Shown: positions 8,784 through 18,524, counted from the stretch's first letter. The stretch: DNA of 64,000 nt from a bacterium (GCA_963674595.2 CAXXFV010000018.1:32001-96000); one strand, 5' to 3'. The notes: generated by a model from the sequence alone, not told the origin. A program made the numbers and translations.

Positions 8784-11015
8784 CTATTCTTCGATACTTA
8801 TTTTATGGCCGGCATGTACGAACAAGAGGTCCGGAATATTTTCAAAACTTTTGAAAAAAGCCCCGTTATCCTGCACTGACTTGGACACGGAAAAACCGGT
8901 AATAACCAAATCAGCATCCTGGGAATTTTCATTTACCAGGGCCTCAAAGGCCTTGATGCCTTTTTTAAAAGGCATTTTTTGGACATTGTTACGGGAAATA
9001 GGTATTCGCCCACGATCAATGAGCATATTTAAACGATTGACCTCTTTGGTCATATCTTCTTCATTAAAAGCGGCAAAAATGCTGATTTCGCACCCTTTCC
9101 AATCGTTTGAACCCATTAAAATATAGGCGAGCAAAATAATAAGGTTGGCATTGCTGTAATCACCGGGAGTCAGCCAAATGTGAATGGATTTGCGGTAACC
9201 AAAATGCCGTTCCGAAGAGCGCAGTACACAGATACTAAAATTAAGTGTGGCGGCGAACTGGCAGCCGTCGATGATATTTTGCAGCTCGCCGTTTTCATTG
9301 GGACGGAATTCAAAGAGAATGCTGTTATTTTCCATTCCAAAAACACCGGGCGCCTGAATGATCTGGGCAACAGCGGTTTTAAAACTGGGGGAAATAATCG
9401 TATCCGCATATATACTGGCTTCAGCGGCAATGCCCTGAGAAATCAGTTTATCCAGCAGTTTTTTTGCGTTTTCAGAATTCTCTTTTGTCAAAGGTCCTTT
9501 GATAAAATGAAAATAGGAACCGAAACCATAATAATGTGAAATCCAGCGTAAAAAATCATAAGGCGCAATTCTGTTAACCGTGTTGGATGAAATAGCAATA
9601 AATGAGGGTCGCCAGGAATCTGACTGTGATGTTGAACGGTTTCGTTGCATAAGAATATGAAGCTGACGGGTGATTTTAAATAAAACTCCTTTAAACACAT
9701 CGGTCAGATCGGTATCATCTTCCCGCACCTTTTTCAGTCCCAAATAAATCAATATCATAACCACCAAGGCTAAGAAAGCATAGGGGGCATGGATCTGAAA
9801 CATCATATAAAAAGACGCCACAGCGCCGATAAAGGATAAATACCATTTGGAACGAAAGGTCGGGCGGTAAGACGGACTACCGGCAAAATGTTCCAAAAAA
9901 CTGACCAGGCACAAGGTACCATAAGTAATTAAAAAGAACATACTAATGATCTGGGCGACAAAATCGACATTACCCAGTGCGACAAAAGTGAGAACAATAA
10001 TAGATGTTATTAATGTAGCGTTTACCGGTTCATTACTGTCGCCTTTACCGGCTTTTAGGAACTGATTAATTTTTCCAACAGGCCAAATCTCATCCGTAGA
10101 AAGGGCCTGCATGGTACGCGGGGCTATTAAAATTGAGCCGATAGCAGAAGAAATGGTTGCGGCAGCCAAACCAATAGGAATAATGGGTCCCCAGAGGGCT
10201 ATTTTACTCATGACGAGTTGATCGGCAGCCAGGGTATCGGGCGCGGCATTAGCGGACAGTTTGAGAACCACTAGTACATAAACAATCATACCGGTTAATG
10301 TGGCCGTCAATGTTCCGAGAGGTATAGACCGGCGGGGATTTTTTAAATCCCCGGACAATCCGACACCGGCCGTCATTCCGGTAAATGCCGGAAAAATAAT
10401 GGCAAACACTTTGGAAAAGTGGTCCGGATTGGTAATATGATTATAAAGTTCCAGATTCACATTTTGGTCTACCGAGCGTCCAAGAAAAAACGCCGCCAAA
10501 GAAACAGCCAAAAAAGCAACAACAACCCACAAAGCGGAAACGCCCAAATTTGCCCCTTTTTTTAAAATTAAAAGCAGCAGAATAATTGTAAAAGGGATGC
10601 TGATCATACGGGCATCCGGCGTTATACCGGTTACCTGTTGAAACCAGGCAAACAAGGGCGTAAAGGCCTGAGAAAAAGCAATCATATAAAATGCGACGGA
10701 TATGGCCTGGGACAAATAAAGCGTAATGCCGATAGCACCACCGATCCTGGCTCCAAAAGAACGACTGATAATAAAATACTCACCGCCTCCTTCGACTTTG
10801 AGATTGGTGGCAATTTCAGCGATGGCCAGGGCTGTTGGTATGGTAATGGCATGACCGATAAGTATTAAAAAAATAGCTCCCATAGCTCCGGTTTGAGCAA
10901 CAGCATAACCAAAACGCAGAAACAATATCGCGCCGAGAATGGTGCTGATGGCGGCTAAAAATACAGGGGCGGTTCCAAAACCGTGACCTTTTGACGGACT
11001 TGTATGATGTGTCAT
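8784..11015 (-). CDS. SLC12-like cation-chloride cotransporter / APC amino-acid permease
   Basis: TILGAILFLR, GGGEYFIISRSFG..IGGAIG, FPAFTGMTAG..LSGDLKNP..SIPLGT and a cytoplasmic C-terminal domain starting WRP. Confidence 0.85.
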   Translation of the reverse strand: MTHHTSPSKGHGFGTAPVFLAAISTILGAILFLRFGYAVAQTGAMGAIFLILIGHAITIPTALAIAEIATNLKVEGGGEYFIISRSFGARIGGAIGITLYLSQAISVAFYMIAFSQAFTPLFAWFQQVTGITPDARMISIPFTIILLLLILKKGANLGVSALWVVVAFLAVSLAAFFLGRSVDQNVNLELYNHITNPDHFSKVFAIIFPAFTGMTAGVGLSGDLKNPRRSIPLGTLTATLTGMIVYVLVVLKLSANAAPDTLAADQLVMSKIALWGPIIPIGLAAATISSAIGSILIAPRTMQALSTDEIWPVGKINQFLKAGKGDSNEPVNATLITSIIVLTFVALGNVDFVAQIISMFFLITYGTLCLVSFLEHFAGSPSYRPTFRSKWYLSFIGAVASFYMMFQIHAPYAFLALVVMILIYLGLKKVREDDTDLTDVFKGVLFKITRQLHILMQRNRSTSQSDSWRPSFIAISSNTVNRIAPYDFLRWISHYYGFGSYFHFIKGPLTKENSENAKKLLDKLISQGIAAEASIYADTIISPSFKTAVAQIIQAPGVFGMENNSILFEFRPNENGELQNIIDGCQFAATLNFSICVLRSSERHFGYRKSIHIWLTPGDYSNANLIILLAYILMGSNDWKGCEISIFAAFNEEDMTKEVNRLNMLIDRGRIPISRNNVQKMPFKKGIKAFEALVNENSQDADLVITGFSVSKSVQDNGAFFKSFENIPDLLFVHAGHKISIEE

Positions 11016-11029
11016 GATTCTTTCCTGTT

Positions 11030-11236
11030 CTATTCTTTAGTTTTAACAGAAAATACTTTAAACCGAATTAAAAGCCCGGTCCCCAAACCAAAAAGAAAAA
11101 AGAAAAGCAACAATAAAATACGAGGCATTTCCAAATGCCAAAACAGAATTTGAAATCGCATCATTTCTGTGTTTTGTAATAAAAGAATGCCTAAAAATAT
11201 TCCCACAACTATTAAAATAATTGATTTTACTTTCAT
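11030..11236 (-). CDS. LapA (DUF1049) family small membrane protein
   Basis: ILLLQNTE...FLFW...P.ILLL..FF.FG...G pattern; ATG 11236 follows GGAG. Confidence 0.7.
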   Translation of the reverse strand: MKVKSIILIVVGIFLGILLLQNTEMMRFQILFWHLEMPRILLLLFFFLFGLGTGLLIRFKVFSVKTKE

Positions 11237-11313
11237 TAGAAACTCCAAGTTAGAAAATATATAAAGAAAATATTGTAAAAAAATCCTAATGTCAATACCT
11301 GTCTGAAAAATGT

Positions 11314-12375
11314 TCACTCCATCCAGCCTAATCCCGGAATCTGGTTCGGATATAATACGCCGCTCTTTAACTGCACGGCACCATTTGACGGATCATCTAT
11401 CAGATCGAGATGCCCGTCTAAATCCGCATACAGGACATTTGGGCGGGCCAGAGCAAAATGCAATCCGGCTGCAATGCCCAGGGCACATTCATCCATGCAA
11501 CCCACCATCACTTCCAAACCGGCGGCTCTGGCAACACTGTTTATCTGCAACGCCTCGGAAATACCGCCAACTTTCATAAGCTTGATATTGGCCATATCAG
11601 CAAAATTACCCTTTGCCAGACGAAAAGCATCGCGGAGGTTCATTAAACTTTCATCAGCCATAATCGGCAGCATAACTTTGTTGGTTACCTGACCGAGTAA
11701 ATCATATTTATCACGAGGTGTCGGTTGTTCCATCAACTCGAGTTTGGCGGATTTTGTCTGCTCAATAAACAAGATTGTATCCTCAACACTGTATCCCTGA
11801 TTGGCATCAAACCGCAATTCAATTTGTTTGCCGATGGCTTCACGGACTTTTAAAACACGCTCAACATCCTGTTCAACATCTATTCCCCCCTTAATTTTTA
11901 TGGCCTTAAAACCCATTCTTTTATATTCGGCTGCTTTATATACGGCCTGAGAAGTTGAACCTATGCCTATTGTCACACTGGTCATTATGCTTTTTCGAAA
12001 ACCGCCGATGAGTAAATATACAGGTAAACCGGCAGTTTTACCAAGAATATCAAACAATGCCATGTCAACCATGGAAAAAACCGAAGGCTGATCGACAATA
12101 TTTTTTTTCAACTGCTCCAAAATAAACGCAATCCGTAACGGGTCCTGATTTATCAACAGAGGCTCTACCATGTTCTGACATGTTTGCATTACAGAAACCG
12201 CGTCTTCACCGGTTACTTTTTCATCCGGAGCGGCACACCCGTAACCTGTAATATTTTTATCTGTTATGATCCTACAAAAAATATTAACCGATTTATCAAT
12301 CGACTCATAGGCAATTTTGTATGGTTCGGCAAGTTTCATTTCCACTGGCCAAAATTCAACGGCTTTTATTTTCAT
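11314..12375 (-). CDS. Enolase-superfamily dipeptide epimerase (L-Ala-D/L-Glu epimerase / DgcA-like)
   Basis: KIK, DANQG, EQP, DES, NIKLMKVGG and DLDG signature; likely start MKIKAVEF at 12375. Confidence 0.88.
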   Translation of the reverse strand: MKIKAVEFWPVEMKLAEPYKIAYESIDKSVNIFCRIITDKNITGYGCAAPDEKVTGEDAVSVMQTCQNMVEPLLINQDPLRIAFILEQLKKNIVDQPSVFSMVDMALFDILGKTAGLPVYLLIGGFRKSIMTSVTIGIGSTSQAVYKAAEYKRMGFKAIKIKGGIDVEQDVERVLKVREAIGKQIELRFDANQGYSVEDTILFIEQTKSAKLELMEQPTPRDKYDLLGQVTNKVMLPIMADESLMNLRDAFRLAKGNFADMANIKLMKVGGISEALQINSVARAAGLEVMVGCMDECALGIAAGLHFALARPNVLYADLDGHLDLIDDPSNGAVQLKSGVLYPNQIPGLGWME

Positions 12376-12394
12376 AACTTTCTCAAATAAATAA

Positions 12395-14734
12395 TTAATA
12401 TCGACGTTGATATAGTTGATCAAGTGATATACTTTTTAAATCTTCGATCAAAGTGACAAGGTGCGCTATCATTACTTTCCAGATTTTTTCACCCTTTTCC
12501 GGACTGGCAATAGTAGGATCACCCATAACACCACTTTCGGAAATTTTATTTGTATAGGCGTGCCATGAAATACCACGTTGGGATGAAAAATTTAAATACC
12601 GGCTGGAAAACTCGGGAACAAGTTTAACAGCTCGTTCCATTTTGACCAAATCCGGCCGGATGGCAAGGGAAGTGCTGGTCTCTATTTCACCGGCATGGAC
12701 ATCATTTGGTGTTTCGGTAATTTTTTCAATATCAACATCACTTGTCTCTCCGCTATCTACGGCGATAAAAATTCGGGCATCCTTGTTTATCATTTGCGCC
12801 GCATAATTTAAAGCCGGATCATTACCGCCGTGGCCGTTTATAATAACCAGCTTTTTAATTCCGTCTTTGGCCACACTCATACCAATTTCATAAACCAATC
12901 GAGACAACGTGTCATTACTAATCGCAATGGTCCCTGGAAATTCATTATGATGATATGAAACACCAAAGGATATAACCGGCAGTACAAAGGGTTTGGGATG
13001 GCTGCATGCCTCTGCCACTCTTTTGGCGAGATACTCGGCGTCGAACGCATCGGTGTCCAGCGGTAAATGAGGTCCATGCTGCTCAACAGCACCGACAGGC
13101 AGCAAAGCGATGTCAACCCGTTCAAGTCTTTTTTTTGCTTCAGGCCAGGAAAGCTCACCCCATAAAAACGATAAATCAGAATCATCAATTTCCATCTCGT
13201 TTATAGATTTGCGACGGTTGGTTGATAATTCAAAAGGATACAATTTATGTAAATCAGGATCGTTTTCCAAATCAATGTCAATCCATTTACGATTTGCACG
13301 TTTTACAGTCCCTTCAACGTATTCAAGAAAAATGTTAAACAAGGGATTTCTTAAATCGTTTGGAATGGTATCAAATGGTGATTTTTCATTATCGAATCTC
13401 AATTTTAAAATTTCATAACAGGGTTTCGTTTTATTCACAGCCTCTACAAAATTTTGCTGCTGGAGCATGAATAATAAATGATTTTTACCCTCATCTTCCT
13501 GATGGAGGTCTTTGGTTTGTATTTCCTCAAGGCAACGATCTATTTGCTCCTGAGTATAACCACTCTGCTTCGGATCAGCTCCAATTGCCGTCAACATGGC
13601 AACGATACGGCGGCATTTTTCACATTTGCCGCAGGGATAAAAACGGTCGTCTTTCTGATGAGCAGCATGACAGGACATTTGCATCTTTTGAAGATTGGGA
13701 TATCGTGCTGTTAAAATCTTTTCAACCAATAACTCGGAAAGCGGACGAAGTATGGAAAATTGATTAAAAGACCAGCCTTTTTTTAAATAATAACGCGATA
13801 GATAGGAATCAAAATAACGGCTTTGATCATATAAACCATCATAATGAGCAATCTGTTTATATTTGGCTTTAACACTGGTATCAAATTCGTCACCGATAAC
13901 AAGACGTCCGATTTGATATTTACGTAAAAGCGGAACAGCGCCGAAAAGAAAAACAGCAACGGTCCACAGCCGAATCGGATAGTCATCAGAACGAACAGCG
14001 GTAAAATCCTGACGAATAAAAGGCAAATGTCTCAACATCCAGTTAAAAACGCGGTCGGAATTTGTCCAGACTCTTTTGGTGTTTTCAATTTTTTCCGAAA
14101 AATGGCGAAAAGCATTCAAAGCTGTAAACCAGTGCCTGCCGGATTCATTAATAAATATGGGAAAAACCTGTTTACCAATTTCATCCAACAATCCATAAGA
14201 AAAAAGACTTTCCTTTCCCCCGCTTGAAAGTACGGCATGTTTGTTTTTATCGGTTTCCCACAGGTTCCATTTGGTGCTTTTACGTCCTTCGGTTTCTTCA
14301 AATTCGATAACAGCCTGATTAAAATCCAAGGGTTTATGGTACTCTACTACAAAATCTTTAATCAGGAACGAATTTGGCTGCAGGATTTTTTTAACATATA
14401 TTTCTCGTGCTGTGTTTTCAACAGCTTCTTTAATCATTTTTTGATCCAGATCATCATAAACACCGGAAAACACAATTTTTTTACAAAATAGTCCGTAATT
14501 TACCGCAACCTGGGCGGCAATCATGGCCGCAATATTTTGAGATCCGGGATCATCCGGTTCAAAAACATCTTCATGATAACTGTAAATCAACTCAATTTGA
14601 TCGATTTGGTCCTTTGTTTTAACCTGGTATGGGGCGCTTAACCGTTTTTTGTCAATGGTCACAGGGCCAATTTTTAGTTCATCGATTACAACAAGTTTAG
14701 ACAATGGATTTATATTTTGATCTAATTCATTCAT
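12395..14734 (-). CDS. Fusion of an N-terminal PP-loop/Zn (QueC/MurL-like) domain and a C-terminal creatininase/MftE-family amidohydrolase
   Basis: LSSGGKES and SCH...PCGKCEKC in the N-part; LPVGAVEQHGPHLPLDTD, INGHGGN, HAGEIETS, SGVMGDP in the C-part. Confidence 0.8.
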   Translation of the reverse strand: MNELDQNINPLSKLVVIDELKIGPVTIDKKRLSAPYQVKTKDQIDQIELIYSYHEDVFEPDDPGSQNIAAMIAAQVAVNYGLFCKKIVFSGVYDDLDQKMIKEAVENTAREIYVKKILQPNSFLIKDFVVEYHKPLDFNQAVIEFEETEGRKSTKWNLWETDKNKHAVLSSGGKESLFSYGLLDEIGKQVFPIFINESGRHWFTALNAFRHFSEKIENTKRVWTNSDRVFNWMLRHLPFIRQDFTAVRSDDYPIRLWTVAVFLFGAVPLLRKYQIGRLVIGDEFDTSVKAKYKQIAHYDGLYDQSRYFDSYLSRYYLKKGWSFNQFSILRPLSELLVEKILTARYPNLQKMQMSCHAAHQKDDRFYPCGKCEKCRRIVAMLTAIGADPKQSGYTQEQIDRCLEEIQTKDLHQEDEGKNHLLFMLQQQNFVEAVNKTKPCYEILKLRFDNEKSPFDTIPNDLRNPLFNIFLEYVEGTVKRANRKWIDIDLENDPDLHKLYPFELSTNRRKSINEMEIDDSDLSFLWGELSWPEAKKRLERVDIALLPVGAVEQHGPHLPLDTDAFDAEYLAKRVAEACSHPKPFVLPVISFGVSYHHNEFPGTIAISNDTLSRLVYEIGMSVAKDGIKKLVIINGHGGNDPALNYAAQMINKDARIFIAVDSGETSDVDIEKITETPNDVHAGEIETSTSLAIRPDLVKMERAVKLVPEFSSRYLNFSSQRGISWHAYTNKISESGVMGDPTIASPEKGEKIWKVMIAHLVTLIEDLKSISLDQLYQRRY

Positions 14735-15804
14735 CTTGAATCTTTTCCTGATGTTAAACCTACCAACAAGCCTGCCAAATCATCTGCTCCATTAAAAAGA
14801 ACATCAAAACAGGGAACACCCAGAGTCGTTTCCAGGGTAGAGCAAATGACGTCTATTTTATTGATCTCTAAATTTTCATGATTAATGGTTATTGCAGCAA
14901 CAGGTTTCCCGGACAATATTTCTACGGCCTGTATTTGTCGGGGTAACGGATGAATTTTAAATCCGGGAAAACCATCATACTCATGTCGTCCGGGGGCATG
15001 CTGCAGCACAATGACATCCGGCTGCCCTGCTGCAATGATTTCCAGTCCACCCGGATAAGCGGGATTCATCAGACTCCCCTGCCCTTCTATAACAATCACA
15101 TCCGGTTTTTCAGATTCCCAGGCGCTCCATATCTGGTGCTCTATTTCACCGGTGACAAAATCATTCACAATCGAATCCAGAATAACGCTATATTTTGCAC
15201 CCTGCATCCAGGCTGTTTGTCCTGTTCCAATCATGCAGGTATTGGCACCCACTTTTTGCAAGGCATGGACCAGCAGCCAGGCTGTGGTTCTTTTGCCAAT
15301 AGCGGAATCCGTACCCAGGACGGCTACTTTTAAACAGGGTATTTTTCGCCCGGCATAAAAATGTAAATTCTCACGACTGGGCGGTTTTCGTACGTCTCGT
15401 AATATGATATTATTCTCTCGGGCTAATCTAACAAGTTCAGGATCATCAGATAAAAAATCATGCAATCCGCAATCGATATTCAAACCATATTTTATGGCCT
15501 TTTTAATGACATCCTTGTCTTTTTCCTGCAAGCGGCCGCCGTCCGGAGCCAGACCGATGACAAAATGGCTCACATTTTTATTTTTAGAATATTCCAACGC
15601 TTGTTCCAGGGAGCCGAGGACGGGGGTATTATTTTTTTTATTATCCAGGACCATGCCGGAATCCTGTCCCGAATAATTTGAATCAATAACCGATTCAACA
15701 ATATACCTGGATGTATATCGTACCAATCCATGAGCGGTTTTTCCGTTTGGTGTGTTAAAGGCGTCCTGGCAATAGACTATTGCGTTGCCGTCCAGAGGCT
15801 TCAT
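14731..15804 (-). CDS. DUF1611 family P-loop protein (DgcN-like)
   Basis: GKTAHGLVRY, GLHDFL, VLGTDSAIGKRTT, GTGQT, IEGQGSL..PAY; ATGA overlaps with both neighbours. Confidence 0.88.
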   Translation of the reverse strand: MKPLDGNAIVYCQDAFNTPNGKTAHGLVRYTSRYIVESVIDSNYSGQDSGMVLDNKKNNTPVLGSLEQALEYSKNKNVSHFVIGLAPDGGRLQEKDKDVIKKAIKYGLNIDCGLHDFLSDDPELVRLARENNIILRDVRKPPSRENLHFYAGRKIPCLKVAVLGTDSAIGKRTTAWLLVHALQKVGANTCMIGTGQTAWMQGAKYSVILDSIVNDFVTGEIEHQIWSAWESEKPDVIVIEGQGSLMNPAYPGGLEIIAAGQPDVIVLQHAPGRHEYDGFPGFKIHPLPRQIQAVEILSGKPVAAITINHENLEINKIDVICSTLETTLGVPCFDVLFNGADDLAGLLVGLTSGKDSR

Positions 15805-16883
15805 GACTTTCTCCCAGTTAAAATAATTACATATCGATCATTTGGCAGCGAATTGATTTTCATAAATTCCAATAAAGCCACCAGTCCGGCTGTTGACGCC
15901 GGTAACACGTGCAGACCTTCTCGTTCTCTTAAAAGTTTTGAAAACTGCAACAACTTTTTATCCGAGGCATTAATGGCCCATCCCTGAGAGGCATAGATAG
16001 CGTCTAAAGATACATCACCATCAAAAGAGTGCCAGTTAATAAGCGGTTCATTTATTTTTGTCTCTTTAATTTGGTCAGGTACAAGATTTTCACAATACTC
16101 CTTTTTGTCGATGAATGCCTGAACAATGGGATTTTTGTTCAGAGAGGAACCAGCTATCATTTTGGGGATACGGGAAGTTTTCCCTCGTCGATACAAACTC
16201 AAAAAACCTTTATAAATACCGGCCAGTGTCGTTCCGTTTGATACCGGAACAGCACAGGCAAAAGGGGCGTCTCTTAGTTCATCATAAATTTCATAGGCAA
16301 TTTCACCATAAGCTTGCAGCTGAATGGCTGTATTGGCGCCTCCCGGATTCGCATCATAAACTTCCTCTTTTTCAGCTATTGAACGGGAAATATCAACTGC
16401 ATTTTCATAATCACCCTCTATACGAATTATCTCAGCACCCAGGTCGGTTATCTCTTTAATACGATTGGTATGATAATTTTTAGGAATATAGATCAAACAT
16501 TTTAATCCTGCCATGGAAGCCGCCATAGCTATAGCACTTCCATAATTGCCGCATGTTGCTACGGTAATAGCGTCATATCCCCGGCGCACTGCATCCATTG
16601 CCTGGCTAAAGGCGATCCTGTCTTTTTGTGTTCCGGTTGGATTGCTTCCTTCAAATTTCAAGTATAACTGCCGGAACGAGATTTCTCGCTCGATGTTTCT
16701 GGCGCGAACAAGGGTTGTATCACCAACAGCGGACTCGAAAATATCCTCAAAAGCTTCAAGACGTTCCAGTAAAGGATATTCCTTGTTGGCGGCAATTTTT
16801 TGTAAAGGCTCGGCCTCCTGAGCGAGTTCCTGTATATCACCGTTCGCTCCGTCCAGCAAATTATTTAAAACGAATGGGGTCAT
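15801..16883 (-). CDS. PLP-dependent fold-type II (threonine synthase-like) enzyme
   Basis: GDTTL, LKFEGSNPTGTQKDR (Schiff-base Lys), ATCGNYG, PVSNGT, ILTG. Confidence 0.85.
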   Translation of the reverse strand: MTPFVLNNLLDGANGDIQELAQEAEPLQKIAANKEYPLLERLEAFEDIFESAVGDTTLVRARNIEREISFRQLYLKFEGSNPTGTQKDRIAFSQAMDAVRRGYDAITVATCGNYGSAIAMAASMAGLKCLIYIPKNYHTNRIKEITDLGAEIIRIEGDYENAVDISRSIAEKEEVYDANPGGANTAIQLQAYGEIAYEIYDELRDAPFACAVPVSNGTTLAGIYKGFLSLYRRGKTSRIPKMIAGSSLNKNPIVQAFIDKKEYCENLVPDQIKETKINEPLINWHSFDGDVSLDAIYASQGWAINASDKKLLQFSKLLREREGLHVLPASTAGLVALLEFMKINSLPNDRYVIILTGRKS

Positions 16884-16893
16884 CTTTTATACC

Positions 16894-17514
16894 TTATTTG
16901 TTATCAACAATTTTTGCATAATTAAGTTCTTTTTTGGGAATCGGGTAAATTTTACTGACAAATCCAACATCTTCAACTGTATAAAAAGCATTTGGATTGA
17001 ATTCTTTAATAATTGAAATAATACTTTTTAATTCCCGACGTTTAATAACCATAAAAATAACACGAACGGGTCCCAGATTACCAAAAGCTGGAACATCCGT
17101 AACAACCTGTCCCAAATCTCTCAATTTGCTTACCAGTAAAGTACCTTCCTTTGCAGTGATCACACGTATCATGGACATACCCATTGCCAGTTTGTTTTCT
17201 ATTTTCATTCCGGACCAGTTTCCTACAGCATAACCCAGTGCATAGGCTAAATAATTTAGCGGATTCTCCAAATTTTTCACTACATGACTGATAATAACAA
17301 GCCATAACAGTATTTCTATAAAACCGATGATTGAAGCCAGGTATTTTTTATTCTTTGATACAAAAACAATCCGCATTGTGGCCAATGCAACATCAATTAT
17401 TTTTGCTATAAAAATTAATAAAGGATAGACAACCCAGGATAGTATTTCATGCTCTTGCACGGGCTCACTCACTTCCTTGTCTTGAGCATTTGTTTGGTAA
17501 AATTCGTCAAACAA
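16894..17514 (-). CDS. DUF2179/DUF5698 membrane protein
   Basis: IFIAKIIDV.LATMR, IGFIEILLWL, YLAYALGYAVGN..G..IE.KLA, FNPNAFYTVEDV. Confidence 0.85.
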   Translation of the reverse strand: MFDEFYQTNAQDKEVSEPVQEHEILSWVVYPLLIFIAKIIDVALATMRIVFVSKNKKYLASIIGFIEILLWLVIISHVVKNLENPLNYLAYALGYAVGNWSGMKIENKLAMGMSMIRVITAKEGTLLVSKLRDLGQVVTDVPAFGNLGPVRVIFMVIKRRELKSIISIIKEFNPNAFYTVEDVGFVSKIYPIPKKELNYAKIVDNK

Positions 17515-17583
17515 ACGCTATGTAAAAAAATTAAATGTCATAATTAATTACCTTTTAAAAATTAAAATCCCCCTAATCATAAT

Positions 17584-17961
17584 TTAAAGAGTTGTTTCTT
17601 CTTCCGATTCTTCTTCTGAACTGATTATTGTATATTTATTTACATCAATCCATAAATTGCCGTCTTCATCTGTCTTTACCGTGCCTACAGCCTTGACCTT
17701 TTTGTCAATGTAATTAAACAACTCTTTACCTTTTTCCGTATCTCCGATAATGTAATCAACAACTTCCGTATCATCTTCAGATTCTACAGTAACGGAAATT
17801 GCAATTCCGATGACATTATCATTATCATCCCACTCTATCGCGGAAATGACGCCGGTTATGGTTTTCTCAGATTGATCTGAGCAGAGTCCTTTATTAACAA
17901 AAAGTGTTAATCCACAAAAAACGAAAAGAACAGCGACAGCTTTTTTAAATGAATTGCTCAT
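17584..17961 (-). CDS. Secreted small OB-fold-like hypothetical protein with an acidic tail
   Basis: Signal peptide; TITGVISAIEWD...KGKEL..YIDKKVKAVG; AAGGAG RBS before ATG 17961. Confidence 0.6.
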   Translation of the reverse strand: MSNSFKKAVAVLFVFCGLTLFVNKGLCSDQSEKTITGVISAIEWDDNDNVIGIAISVTVESEDDTEVVDYIIGDTEKGKELFNYIDKKVKAVGTVKTDEDGNLWIDVNKYTIISSEEESEEETTL

Positions 17962-17998
17962 TTTAGACTCCTTAAAGTTTTTAGAACCCATTAATTAA

Positions 17999-18274
17999 TT
18001 ACTTTTGGACAAGCTTGTATTTATAAACGTTAACGATTTTATTACCGAATAAATCTTCACCAACCAGCAAACACTCACTCTGAACATACTTTTCTGTCAA
18101 GGTAAGCAATTGTTCGCTAATGCCGTTTTCTGAAACAATGAATTTTTCAAATTGGTCATTAATAATAGCAACCTGAAGGACATGGTCCCCTTTGTCTCTT
18201 TCCATTGCGATTACAAGCCCGTTTATGTTGATATTTGGCTTACTTGAACAATTTTTAGTTTTGTCATGCTCCAT
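17999..18274 (-). CDS. Hypothetical protein, signal-less paralogue of the 17584 protein
   Basis: NINGLVIAMERD..D.V..VAI...GN....V..Y aligns with the neighbour; start 18274 preferred over 18337. Confidence 0.55.
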   Translation of the reverse strand: MEHDKTKNCSSKPNININGLVIAMERDKGDHVLQVAIINDQFEKFIVSENGISEQLLTLTEKYVQSECLLVGEDLFGNKIVNVYKYKLVQK

Positions 18275-18325
18275 AATAACTATTATAAACCCAATCATAA
18301 TAAAATCAAATGACATTGATGTATA

Positions 18326-18341
18326 TATAAATTTCATGCCA
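18326..18341 (-). promoter_or_regulatory. Possible sigma54 -24/-12 promoter (imperfect -12)
   Basis: TGGCATG-AAAT-TTATA on minus versus consensus TGGCACG-N4-TTGCW; lies between the palindromes and the operon. Confidence 0.35.
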
Positions 18342-18388
18342 ATATTTTAAAACAATATTAACAATAGTTTGCAGCAAACTGAAGCAAG

Positions 18389-18413
18389 AAATCGGAAATA
18401 ATATTTCCGATTT
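18389..18413. promoter_or_regulatory. Palindromic site 1, candidate enhancer (UAS) for the adjacent sigma54 activator
   Basis: AAATCGGAAATA-A-TATTTCCGATTT, perfect 12-bp arms. Confidence 0.6.
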
Positions 18414-18524
18414 AAGGTAAAAAGACATATTAACTAAAATAATAATTTTACAAAGATATGTTTCAGGAAGGAAATAAAATTTTGTTTATTATATTGTTAA
18501 GACCCAGGTTCACCATTAAAAATA

